From an uncultured Ignavibacteriales bacterium (GTDB taxonomy: Bacteria; Bacteroidota; Ignavibacteria; T3Sed10-11): DNA of 62,949 nucleotides. A program made the translations under genes and the position numbers. The notes beneath the pieces were generated by a model. The model saw only the letters and a list, made by a program, of their open reading frames with translations, was not told where the DNA came from and did no database searches. Below are positions 39,333-48,648 of the stretch, one piece after another (within the stretch, counting starts at the first letter, position 1; every line of letters begins with the position of its first letter). The stretch is from positions 1-62,949 of the forward strand of contig CAZBUK010000013.1 in the NCBI GenBank assembly GCA_964495085.1. Direction: 5' to 3'.

Positions 39333-40760
39333 CTACTGGCCGAAATTGAACGCAAGCAACTTCAACTCGGTCATCTCATCGATCGCGTAACGCACCCCCT
39401 CCCTGCCGAAGCCGGAATCTTTTATGCCGCCGTAGGGCATATGATCGATTCTGAATGTCGGAAAATCGTTGACAATGAGCCCCCCGACGTCGAGCTGCTC
39501 ATACGCATAGAAAATGTTCCGGAAGTCGCCCGAAAATATCCCCGCCTGTAAGCCGTAGATACTGTCATTGACGCCGTCGATCGCTTCCTGGATTTCACCG
39601 AACCGGTGAATTGTCGCAACCGGTCCGAACACCTCGGCATTATAGACTTTCATCCCCGGATGAGCGTTGGAGATAAGCGTCGGTTCGATTATATTTCCCT
39701 TCCGGTTACCGCCGGCGAGTATAGTGGCACCTGCATCGCGGGCTTCCTGAATCCATGCCTCGACCCTGTCGGCGGCATCCTGGTCGATCAACGCGCTCAG
39801 CACCGTGTCCTCTTCCATCGGATCGCCAATCTTGAGCGATTTTACAGCATCCTGAAATCGCAATAAAAAATCATCATATATACTTTCGTGGACGAACATC
39901 CGCTGCACTTTGATGCACACCTGTCCCGCATACGCATAGGCGCCGAACGCGATCCGCTTGACCGCAAAATCCAGATTCGCGGTCCGGTCGACAATGACCG
40001 CGGCATTACCGCCGAGTTCGAGAATGATTTTTTTCTTACCGGCTTTCTCCTTGAGATACCACCCTACCTTCGGACTGCCTGTAAAACTGAGCATTTTCAG
40101 CCGCTCATCGGTTGCGAGCTGTTCCGCAACTTCTACCCGGCATGGGATAACATTGAAGGTTCCCGGCGGCGCGCCCGAGTCCAGAATTATCTGCGCCAGC
40201 CGCAGCGCTGTTGACGGCGCCTGAGGAGGCGGTTTGAGAACCATGGTATTGCCGGCTGCGATTGCCGGAGCGATTTTGTGCACGACTAAATTGATCGGGA
40301 AATTAAACGGAGAAATACCCGCGATCGGCCCGATCGGATATCTGCGGGTCAGTCCCCATCGTCGTTCCGCCTGAGCCGATAAATCCAACGGAAGCGTCTC
40401 ACCGCCGATTCTCTTTGACTCCTCGGCTGCTAAAGAGAACGTGAACACCGAACGATCGACTTCCATAAGCGATTGTGCGATCGGTTTGCCGGATTCCTCC
40501 GCCATCATCATCGCGAAGTCTTTTCTCTGCCTGTGTATCTTTGCCGCGATGGTCTGGAGGATCTCGCTCCGTTTATACGACGGCAGCTTTTTCATATCGA
40601 GATATGCTTCCTCCGCGCACATTATCGCGTCATCCATATCCTGCTGCTGGGCCTGGCAGACCTCCGAGATGATCTTGCCCGTGTACGGATTCCTGTTCGG
40701 TTCCCGTTCGTCCGAGGAACGCCATTCTTTGCCTATGAGAAACTTTTGTTCCTGTGCCAT
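39333..40760 (-). CDS. Aldehyde dehydrogenase, ALDH21-like (possible succinic semialdehyde dehydrogenase)
   Basis: PFNFPINL, FTGS, LELGGN, GQVC, EVFGP, FRIDHMPYGGIKDSGFGREG. Confidence 0.9.
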   Translation of the reverse strand: MAQEQKFLIGKEWRSSDEREPNRNPYTGKIISEVCQAQQQDMDDAIMCAEEAYLDMKKLPSYKRSEILQTIAAKIHRQRKDFAMMMAEESGKPIAQSLMEVDRSVFTFSLAAEESKRIGGETLPLDLSAQAERRWGLTRRYPIGPIAGISPFNFPINLVVHKIAPAIAAGNTMVLKPPPQAPSTALRLAQIILDSGAPPGTFNVIPCRVEVAEQLATDERLKMLSFTGSPKVGWYLKEKAGKKKIILELGGNAAVIVDRTANLDFAVKRIAFGAYAYAGQVCIKVQRMFVHESIYDDFLLRFQDAVKSLKIGDPMEEDTVLSALIDQDAADRVEAWIQEARDAGATILAGGNRKGNIIEPTLISNAHPGMKVYNAEVFGPVATIHRFGEIQEAIDGVNDSIYGLQAGIFSGDFRNIFYAYEQLDVGGLIVNDFPTFRIDHMPYGGIKDSGFGREGVRYAIDEMTELKLLAFNFGQ

Positions 40761-40769
40761 ATGATTATC

Positions 40770-42461
40770 TCAGGAGAGCAACTTTTTGATACGGGAGCCG
40801 AGGAGATTCCGGTCGATTATCTCCCGTTCGCTCGTTTGACGAACTTTTATTTCGACGTTCCCGTTTATCAGGTTTTTTTCTCCGACAATTACCTGAACCG
40901 GGATGCCGAGCAGATCCGCATCGTTGAATTTAAATCCCGCAGAGACGGCATCGCGGTCGTCGAATAGGACCTCGTATCCCTCCCCCTGCTGCAAGATATA
41001 GATTTCTTCCGCTGCGGTACGAACGGTGTCGTTCTTCATATTCAAACCGATCAGATGGATATCGAACGGAGCGATTGCCTTATCCCAGACGATACCTTTC
41101 TCGTCGTGGTTCTGCTCGATGTGGCTCGCAATGATCCTCTCAACGCCGATGCCGTAACTTCCCATGATGATCGGCTTCTCTTCCCCTTTTTCATCGAGAA
41201 AATATGCGCCCATACTTTCGGCATATTTCGTTCCGAGCTTGAATATATGTCCGATCTCGATCGCTCTGACTACCCGCAGCGGTTTTCCGCAGTTTACACA
41301 CTCCTCACCGCTTTCCACCGTGCGCAGATCGAAATATTCGCCGGCTTTCACATCCCGTTTCATATCGATATTGCCGATATGATAATCGTCCCGATTTGCA
41401 CCGCTGATCAATCCGTTTGCGTCAACGAGCCGGCTGTCGGCGATAATCCGGAAATTATTCAATCCGATCGGACCTACCGAGCCCGGATGTGCGCCGGTAT
41501 TTAGTAGGATTTCGTCGGGATGCATGGGGCGTGCACCCGCGCCGACCGCTGCGGCCAGCTTCGATTCGTTCAATTGATCGTTGCCGGCCATGAGAATCAG
41601 CAGCGGTTTGTCCGCCTGCATATACACGAGCGACTTTGCCAGACGCGTTGCCGGCACATCGAGATAAACGGTCAGCTCATCTATGGTTCTGACCTGCGGC
41701 GTATGGATTTCAGAGAGCTCGAGTGAACCGTTCATACGGGGCAGAGTCGCAGCCTTCGATCGGGCAACCTCAAGATTAGCTGCATATCCGCAGGCCGGAC
41801 ACACCGCGCAGAGATCCTCTCCCGCGTCCGATTCGAGCATGAATTCCTGAGACCGCGAACCCCCCATCGCCCCGCTTGACGCCCCGACGACGAAAAACTT
41901 CAACCCGCAGCGTGAAAAAATCTTTTTATATGCCTCTGCATGACTGTCATAACTCGCGTCCAATCCTTCAGCTGAAGCGTCGAGACTGTAGGAATCCTTC
42001 ATGATAAACTGCCGGCCCCGCAGCACGCCCGAGCGTGGTCTCGGTTCATTTCGGAATTTCGTCTGGATCTGATACCACACCTGCGGCAGATCACGGTACG
42101 ATCTCAGAAAATTCTTCGCAATCGAACAGATGATCTCTTCATGGGTCGGCGCCAGTACCAGCGGACGGTTTTTCACATGAAAGAGAATATCGCCGAAGTC
42201 CGTAACCCGGCCGCTCTGCTCCCAGAGTTCGACCGGATTCAGCGCAGGGAGATGAAATTCCTGTCCGCCGATCGCATTCATCTCATCCCTGATGATCTCC
42301 ATAACCTTCCGCATGACCCTGTATCCCATCGGCAGAAATGAATAAATGCCCGCACCGAGCGGCCGGATGAGTCCGGCGCGGATCATAAGTATGTGACTGG
42401 GGATCGATGCATCGACCGGTACTTCTTTCTGCGTCGGGAAAAAGGATGAGCTGAATTTCAT
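40770..42461 (-). CDS. proS: Proline--tRNA ligase, bacterial type with editing insertion
   Basis: LAPTHEE, FRNEPRPR, IEIGHIFKLGTKY, MGSYGIGVER. Confidence 0.96.
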   Translation of the reverse strand: MKFSSSFFPTQKEVPVDASIPSHILMIRAGLIRPLGAGIYSFLPMGYRVMRKVMEIIRDEMNAIGGQEFHLPALNPVELWEQSGRVTDFGDILFHVKNRPLVLAPTHEEIICSIAKNFLRSYRDLPQVWYQIQTKFRNEPRPRSGVLRGRQFIMKDSYSLDASAEGLDASYDSHAEAYKKIFSRCGLKFFVVGASSGAMGGSRSQEFMLESDAGEDLCAVCPACGYAANLEVARSKAATLPRMNGSLELSEIHTPQVRTIDELTVYLDVPATRLAKSLVYMQADKPLLILMAGNDQLNESKLAAAVGAGARPMHPDEILLNTGAHPGSVGPIGLNNFRIIADSRLVDANGLISGANRDDYHIGNIDMKRDVKAGEYFDLRTVESGEECVNCGKPLRVVRAIEIGHIFKLGTKYAESMGAYFLDEKGEEKPIIMGSYGIGVERIIASHIEQNHDEKGIVWDKAIAPFDIHLIGLNMKNDTVRTAAEEIYILQQGEGYEVLFDDRDAVSAGFKFNDADLLGIPVQVIVGEKNLINGNVEIKVRQTSEREIIDRNLLGSRIKKLLS

Positions 42462-42539
42462 AAAGCGATCGTATTTGATTCCTGAATGGTTAAGATTTGC
42501 AGTTATGCTTAATTTGTTGAGCCGTGGTAAATCGAACTG

Positions 42540-43751
42540 TCAGTTCTCTCCGTTTAAATCGATCAATGTAGCGCTGATGATCTCATCCCTCTTTTTTCTG
42601 ATCTCTGCAAGCATGGATTCCGTGGGACGATTATCAAGTTGGATGGTGCAACAGGCAGCTAATTTACCGTCAAAAATAACATTTTCAAGTTCCTCGGCGT
42701 TGATGTTGCCCACTTTCAGCACATGCATGACATTTGCCAGGACGCCCGGTTTATCATAGTGTCTGACGATGAGTTGCCATCCGGCATCGGTAGCTTTGCA
42801 CCGGTTCACCCAGTTCCTCACCCTTCCGTGGCGGACATACTCCCTTACGATATCGACGGTCTCCTGAGCAACTGCGTTCTGAGCCTGCTCGGTGGATGCG
42901 CCGATGTGATGCGTGACGTATACTCCCTTCATGTCGCACAGGTTTGAATCGATCGATCCCTCTTTCTGTTCCGGTTCGTTCACGAACACATCGAGTCCTG
43001 CTCTCAGTTTTCCGGTTTGAACCGCACCCGCCAGTGCATCTTCGTCGACAACCTCGGCACGCGACGTGTTGATGAAAATCGTGCCCGGTTTCATTCGATC
43101 GATGATCTGCTTCGATATGATACCTCTCGTATCGGGTTTCAGTGCGAGATGTACCGAGACGATATCGACCACATCGACCAATTCTTCGACGGAGCCGCAG
43201 AAATGCACGCCGATTTCCTCAGCGCGTTGAGGTGTCAGCGACCTCGACCAGCCGTAGACTTCGAGTCCGAAGGCACGTGTACGCAGAGCTGTTTCACGAC
43301 CGATCATTCCCATGCCGACGATGCCGATCTTTTTACCGAATATTCCATCCGCTTTGGAATATTCGCCTTTATTCCATTTTCGGTTACGAAAATCCTGGAC
43401 ATTCTCCGGAATCTTCCTGTCGATCGCCAGGAGCAGTCCGAGTGCGAGTTCAGCAACGGCGATTGAGTTTTTACCCGGGCAATTAGCCACGTATATCCCT
43501 TTTGCGCTTGCAGCCTTCATATCGATATTATTTACGCCGGCTCCCGCCCGGATAATAAGGCTCAAATCCTGTGAATTCCGGATACAAACCTCGTTCACCA
43601 CCGTCGATCTCACTATGAGCATCGATACGTTCTTAGCCGCCTCCGCAAGTTCCTCGGCGCCGAGCTTCGGATTATAAACCACCTCAGCGCCTAAACTTTG
43701 CATATCTTTGATATATTTATCGGGGAATTTATCTGCGATGAGTATTTTCAC
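42540..43751 (-). CDS. D-2-hydroxyacid dehydrogenase, phosphoglycerate dehydrogenase-like, with C-terminal ACT domain
   Basis: RAGAGVNNID, GMGMIG, INTSR, DVFVNEP, HIGASTEQAQ, HYDKPGVLA. Confidence 0.88.
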   Translation of the reverse strand: MKILIADKFPDKYIKDMQSLGAEVVYNPKLGAEELAEAAKNVSMLIVRSTVVNEVCIRNSQDLSLIIRAGAGVNNIDMKAASAKGIYVANCPGKNSIAVAELALGLLLAIDRKIPENVQDFRNRKWNKGEYSKADGIFGKKIGIVGMGMIGRETALRTRAFGLEVYGWSRSLTPQRAEEIGVHFCGSVEELVDVVDIVSVHLALKPDTRGIISKQIIDRMKPGTIFINTSRAEVVDEDALAGAVQTGKLRAGLDVFVNEPEQKEGSIDSNLCDMKGVYVTHHIGASTEQAQNAVAQETVDIVREYVRHGRVRNWVNRCKATDAGWQLIVRHYDKPGVLANVMHVLKVGNINAEELENVIFDGKLAACCTIQLDNRPTESMLAEIRKKRDEIISATLIDLNGEN

Positions 43752-44093
43752 AATCGATTCCTTTCAAATTTCAGGATGGTATCAAACATCGGGTGGCACA
43801 GTCTGAATATACAAGAATTCAGGTAAAAAATCACCCGCAGAAATTCGAGGCAATAGCGCATCTCGTAGAAAACGGAGCTATACCTCCCTGAGAATCGGAT
43901 ACACATTTCGATGAGAAGAGGAGAGCGCGTGAGCGGACTTATCTTGAAGATTAGTGAAGCAGGTGCGGGTGACCGCCCGTCTAAAGTATATCTTGAGCCG
44001 GTTCTTCGGAAATAGAATGATTGAATCGACCAATGCTGCGTCCTGCTCTCATCCGTCCATCCCGGATTGCGGACCGGTGATAATCCGGATTTA

Positions 44094-45104
44094 TCAGGAT
44101 ATTCGCAGAACTATTTTCCCGAATTGCTCGGCGCGCTCCATTCGGGTGTGCGCCGCAGCCGCATCTTCCAGCCCGTAAACCGAATCTATGATCGGAGATA
44201 ATTTGTGTGTATTAATCAGCTGAAGAACGCCGTTGAATTCGTCAGGCGTCCCCATAGTCGATCCGATTACGTTTAGCTGTTTCCAGAAGATACGCCGGAC
44301 GTTGACGCCGTTGGCTAATCCGAGAGAAGCTCCGTACAGAATGACCGTTCCGCCGGGTCTGACGATATCGAGCACCTTATCAAAATTCTCCCCGCCTGCT
44401 CCGTCGATCACTATGTCAATGCCGGCATCGCCGGTAAGAGGTTTTATCCGATCCGGCCAATTCTGGCCGGAGTAATTTACACCCCCTTCAGCGCCGAGTC
44501 CGACGGCGCGTTGTATCTTTTCATCGCTTCCCGAGGTTACGAATACGCGGGCACCGAGCAATTTACATATCTGAAAAAGGAAACAAGCTACCCCGCCTCC
44601 GATTCCCGTGATGAGAACCGAGTCTCCCTCACCGATTTTCCATCTGCCCGCAACCGCACGGTATGCGGTTAGTGCTGCAAGGGGCAAAGCCGCCGCTTCA
44701 TCGAAGCTGAGGTGGGGCGGTTTGGGAAAGACGTTCGATGCAGGTACTTTTACAAATTCGGCGTAGGTTCCGTTATCAGGTAAGCCCAGTATACGCCACT
44801 GGGGGCCTTGTATACGCGGATCGCTTCCCCAGTATAACGACGGATTGATTATCACTTCACGGCCGGCGATCGCGGGATCCACCTCTCTTCCGATATCGGA
44901 GACTATCCCCGCCCCGTCCGAACCGAGGATTATCGGAAACCTGATACCCGCATATTTTCCGATACGGATCCAAACGTCTCTCCGGTTTAACGCGGCAGCG
45001 TGCAGCCTCACGATAACTTCACGATCGTCCGGAACCGGATCCGGGAAGGCTTCACTCTTAAGATTCGACGGCTCTCCGGTTTCCCGAAGTACGATGGCTT
45101 TCAA
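44094..45104 (-). CDS. MDR-family NAD(P)-dependent oxidoreductase (quinone oxidoreductase-like)
   Basis: ALNRRD, GSDGAG, TGIGGGVA, GSTMGT, QFGKIVL. Confidence 0.88.
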   Translation of the reverse strand: MKAIVLRETGEPSNLKSEAFPDPVPDDREVIVRLHAAALNRRDVWIRIGKYAGIRFPIILGSDGAGIVSDIGREVDPAIAGREVIINPSLYWGSDPRIQGPQWRILGLPDNGTYAEFVKVPASNVFPKPPHLSFDEAAALPLAALTAYRAVAGRWKIGEGDSVLITGIGGGVACFLFQICKLLGARVFVTSGSDEKIQRAVGLGAEGGVNYSGQNWPDRIKPLTGDAGIDIVIDGAGGENFDKVLDIVRPGGTVILYGASLGLANGVNVRRIFWKQLNVIGSTMGTPDEFNGVLQLINTHKLSPIIDSVYGLEDAAAAHTRMERAEQFGKIVLRIS

Positions 45105-45367
45105 TGGTACTCCATTAAAATTCGGTTGAGATATGGCGTCTTAAAGGAGAGAACTTTTCGGCGTCGCTTCCCGCGGCGGCTACCTGAGTCGGTATAGCGA
45201 GATTTGGACATTGTTGAAAGTGGAGAGCATGACGAAACGCGAATCTGCTCGCCCCACCGGAGGATACGGTACCGATATCGGGGCGGCAGACGAATACCTG
45301 TTTCCGCTGAATGCGCCGCACCGGACTCTCAGTGAGTCCCATCGATATCCGCCGGAATGTGCGGCGA

Positions 45368-45949
45368 TTAATAATACGGATTTGCACCCGATTGATGATC
45401 GGTTACATCGAGTATATTGCCGACTTCCGGTATTTGATTGCGTATCAATTTTTCAATACCCTGGCGCAAAGTGACGTTCGCCATACCGCACCCCTGGCAC
45501 CCGCCTCCGAGCTGCAGATATATATTATTCTTCTTGACATCGATGAGGCGAACGAAACCGCCATGCGACGCAACAGCCGGATTGATCTCGTTGATGAGGA
45601 GTTCCTGAATTCTTTTGCGAAGCACATCTTCGGTGGGAAGATTCTTCCGATGCTCTGCGCTGACGGCCGCTTCTCCCGACAGTATTTGCGACCGGATCAT
45701 CGCTCCGATCTGTTTGGCAGCCGGCAGCCAATCGCCTCCTCCCTGGCGAGATACTTTCACCGTTTCACCGGATATGAGGATACCGCTGATGCCGGGAATT
45801 CCAAATATTTGTTCAGCGAGCGGTGAACCTGCCGCTTCTTTGGGATTTGAGAAATAAACGGAGCCGTCTGGATACACCGGCCGGTCAACTGAAAATTGAC
45901 ATGCGTCGTCGCTTGTGATTTCTGCCTGGATTTTAATTTCTTCGTTCAT
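45368..45949 (-). CDS. Nfu-type Fe-S carrier (Nfu_N plus NifU domain)
   Basis: INPAVASHGG, GGGCQGCG (CxxC), TDHQSGANPYY. Confidence 0.9.
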   Translation of the reverse strand: MNEEIKIQAEITSDDACQFSVDRPVYPDGSVYFSNPKEAAGSPLAEQIFGIPGISGILISGETVKVSRQGGGDWLPAAKQIGAMIRSQILSGEAAVSAEHRKNLPTEDVLRKRIQELLINEINPAVASHGGFVRLIDVKKNNIYLQLGGGCQGCGMANVTLRQGIEKLIRNQIPEVGNILDVTDHQSGANPYY

Positions 45950-45979
45950 AGAAGTTCCGGATATTGATATGAAAATGAA

Positions 45980-46015
45980 AGGGACATTCGAACATGCAAG
46001 AGTCGGAATGTCCCT
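45980..46015 (-). terminator. Hairpin between the iscA-like and nfu genes (possible terminator or mRNA stabiliser)
   Basis: AGGGACATTC...GAATGTCCCT 10-bp inverted repeat followed by TTCATTTT. Confidence 0.5.
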
Positions 46016-46093
46016 GGTCCGGTATAGGTGAACACTATCTGCTATGCGGCGGAAGTTACTGCCCGTACAGCGTACCCGTTCATTCGTTGCGGT

Positions 46094-46471
46094 TTAAACG
46101 CTGAATGAAGAACCGCAACCGCACGTCTTGACTGCGCCTGGATTGTTGAACACGAAACCTCTGCCGTTCAACCCGTCGGTATAGTCGAGAGTCGTCCCTG
46201 ACAGATACATCAGACTTTTTGGATCGATGAACAAGCTGATCCCGTGTTCTTCCAGTACAACATCGTCCTCCCGCTTGGTCTCTTCGAATGCGAGCATATA
46301 GGACATTCCGGAGCATCCGCCCCCCTTGACTCCGACCCTCAAACCGAAAGATTCGGGAATATTGTTCTCCCCTTTAATCTTGTTTATTTCTTCCGCTGCC
46401 TTCGGGGTGAGCTGAATATCCCTTTGCGTTTCCTGAACCGTCGGATGTAAAGTGTGACTAGAATGTGACAT
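46094..46471 (-). CDS. A-type Fe-S carrier (IscA/SufA/HesB family)
   Basis: GGGCSGMSY, FNNP, CGCGSSF. Confidence 0.93.
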   Translation of the reverse strand: MSHSSHTLHPTVQETQRDIQLTPKAAEEINKIKGENNIPESFGLRVGVKGGGCSGMSYMLAFEETKREDDVVLEEHGISLFIDPKSLMYLSGTTLDYTDGLNGRGFVFNNPGAVKTCGCGSSFSV

Positions 46472-46580
46472 GAAAAACCCCTCCCGATCTATTGCTGATT
46501 AGTATGAACAGAACTCTTCAATTACCTTACCGATTCAATTCGTTGGCGTAACTTATCGCTCTCTGTATTAAACCTTCGAT

Positions 46581-46913
46581 TCAAAATCCAAGTTCCAAAC
46601 GGGCTTCCTCGGTCATCATCTCAGGATTCCAGGGGGGATCCCAGACGACCTCAACCAGGGCATCGGTTACTCCGCCGACCCGTTTTACCTTCTGTTCTAC
46701 TTCCCTCGGCAGAGATCCGGCAACCGGACAAGCAGGCGACGTGAGCGTCATCCGGACATGCACCTTCCCTTTCTCGTTCACGGCGATATCGTATATCAAT
46801 CCGAGTTCGTATACGTTCACCGGGATTTCCGGATCGTAACATGTCCGGATCATATCGACGACCTGCTTATAGATGAGGTCCCTTTCGATGACGGTCAATT
46901 CTTTTTCAGTCAT
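46581..46913 (-). CDS. DUF59/SufT-like Fe-S assembly protein
   Basis: DPEIPVNVYELGLIY, MTLTSPACP, WDPPW. Confidence 0.92.
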   Translation of the reverse strand: MTEKELTVIERDLIYKQVVDMIRTCYDPEIPVNVYELGLIYDIAVNEKGKVHVRMTLTSPACPVAGSLPREVEQKVKRVGGVTDALVEVVWDPPWNPEMMTEEARLELGF

Positions 46914-46933
46914 AACGAGTTCATATTTTCGGA

Positions 46934-47386
46934 TTATTCGGTCGAGACAACCTCGTCGCTTTTATCGAGAGCGGCCCTGAGCGTATGCCAGGCGAGGCTA
47001 GCACACTTGACGCGTGCGGGGTAATCGCTCACGCCGGCGAAGGCAGCCAGTTTCCCCAGCTTCTCCACCTGCTCCTCCGGATCGGAGGTTCCCGTCACGA
47101 GTTTTTGAAAGCTCTCGATGAGTACTTCAGCTTCTTCCTTTGTCTTTCCTTTGAGCATCGAGCTCATAACCGATGCAGACGCTTTCGATATCGCACAACC
47201 GGCCCCCTCAAAACCGACATCCTGTATTATGCCGTTCTCGATCCTCAAATAGATCGTATAATGATCGCCGCAGAGCGGATTGAAGCCCTCGGCTTTTCGA
47301 TTTGCAGAATCGAGTTTCTTAAAGTTCCGGGGACTTTTATTATGATCGAGGATTAGCTCCTGATAGAGGGTCGACAGTTCGGACAT
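46934..47386 (-). CDS. sufU: SUF system NifU-family protein SufU
   Basis: LYQELILDH, NPLCGD, GCAISKASAS, RVKCA. Confidence 0.92.
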   Translation of the reverse strand: MSELSTLYQELILDHNKSPRNFKKLDSANRKAEGFNPLCGDHYTIYLRIENGIIQDVGFEGAGCAISKASASVMSSMLKGKTKEEAEVLIESFQKLVTGTSDPEEQVEKLGKLAAFAGVSDYPARVKCASLAWHTLRAALDKSDEVVSTE

Positions 47387-48648
47387 TAGCTGAAGACCTT
47401 GATAACCTTATAAATTCCCTTCACGAGAGCATCGACCTCCTCCCTCGTATTATACAACGCGAACGATGCGCGTGCGGTTGCGGGCAGCCCATACCGCTGC
47501 ATCACCGGCTGCGTACAATGATGCCCTGTCCGAATTGCAACCCCTTCGGAGTCGATAATGGTCCCGATATCGTGCGGATGAATATCTTCAAGTACGAAGG
47601 AGAGAACCGCCGATTTCGCACGGGCGGTTCCAATGATTCTCAAACCTTTCACCTCCATAACCGCTTCGGTGGCGTATGCGAGGAGGTCGTGCTCGTAGGC
47701 AACGATGCGATCCAGCCCGATGGATGAGACATACTCGATCGCCGCGCCAAGGCCGATAACTCCGGCGATATTCGGGGTACCCGCTTCGAATTTATAGGGT
47801 AGATCGTTGTAGATGGTTTTTTCGAACGTTACCGACTTGATCATGTCCCCTCCCCCCTGGTAGGGCGGCATCGATTCGAGATGTTCGGGCTTTCCGTAAA
47901 GTACGCCGATGCCCGTCGGGCCGAAAATCTTATGGCCGGAAAAAACGTAGAAATCACAATCGAGTTCACGGACATCGATGGCCATGTGTGCGACCGCCTG
48001 TGCGCCGTCGAGGAGGACCGGGATCCCTTTTAGCCGCGCGAGCCGGATCATTTCCCGGACCGGATTGATCGTGCCGAGCGCGTTCGATACATGGACGAGA
48101 GAAACGAACTTTGTCCGCTGGGTCAGAAGCTTTTCGTATGCTTCGAGATCGAGCTCGCCGGCATCGGAGAAGGGAATAACTTTCAGATCAGCTCCGCGCT
48201 CGGCGCAAATGATCTGCCAGGGGACTATATTCGAGTGATGCTCCATCCCGCTGATGAGCACCTCGTCGCCGTGCGCGAGGCGGGATTTGACGAAACTGTG
48301 AGCGACCAGATTAATACCTTCGGTGGTACCCCGGACGAAGATGATGTCCTGCGGCGATGCGGCATGTAAGAACTTTGCGGCCGTCGTGCGCGTTTGTTCG
48401 TACCCGGTGGTTGCCAGTTGGCTAAGGAAGTGAACTCCGCGATGAATATTGGAATTTTCCTCGGTGTAATATCTGACGATGGTACGGATGACGCTGTCGG
48501 GTTTTTGAGTGGTGGCTGCGTTATCGAGATAGACTAACTGCCGGCCGTTCACTTTCCTCCGGAGAATGGGAAAGTCCGCCCGGATCGAATCTACGTTATA
48601 CATATCCTGTACGGCCGTAGGTGCCACCAGCTCATCGGCGGTTCTCAT
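47386..48648 (-). CDS. sufS: Cysteine desulfurase SufS
   Basis: YLDNAATTQKP, EHHSN, SGHK, EAGTP, RTGHHC. Confidence 0.95.
   Translation of the reverse strand: MRTADELVAPTAVQDMYNVDSIRADFPILRRKVNGRQLVYLDNAATTQKPDSVIRTIVRYYTEENSNIHRGVHFLSQLATTGYEQTRTTAAKFLHAASPQDIIFVRGTTEGINLVAHSFVKSRLAHGDEVLISGMEHHSNIVPWQIICAERGADLKVIPFSDAGELDLEAYEKLLTQRTKFVSLVHVSNALGTINPVREMIRLARLKGIPVLLDGAQAVAHMAIDVRELDCDFYVFSGHKIFGPTGIGVLYGKPEHLESMPPYQGGGDMIKSVTFEKTIYNDLPYKFEAGTPNIAGVIGLGAAIEYVSSIGLDRIVAYEHDLLAYATEAVMEVKGLRIIGTARAKSAVLSFVLEDIHPHDIGTIIDSEGVAIRTGHHCTQPVMQRYGLPATARASFALYNTREEVDALVKGIYKVIKVFS

Noticed and set aside
45140-45340. Fragments reminiscent of glycine (CTCAGG, CGCCGAA) or TPP (CTGAGA) riboswitches
   Set aside because: Motifs are in the wrong order or lack their partner elements
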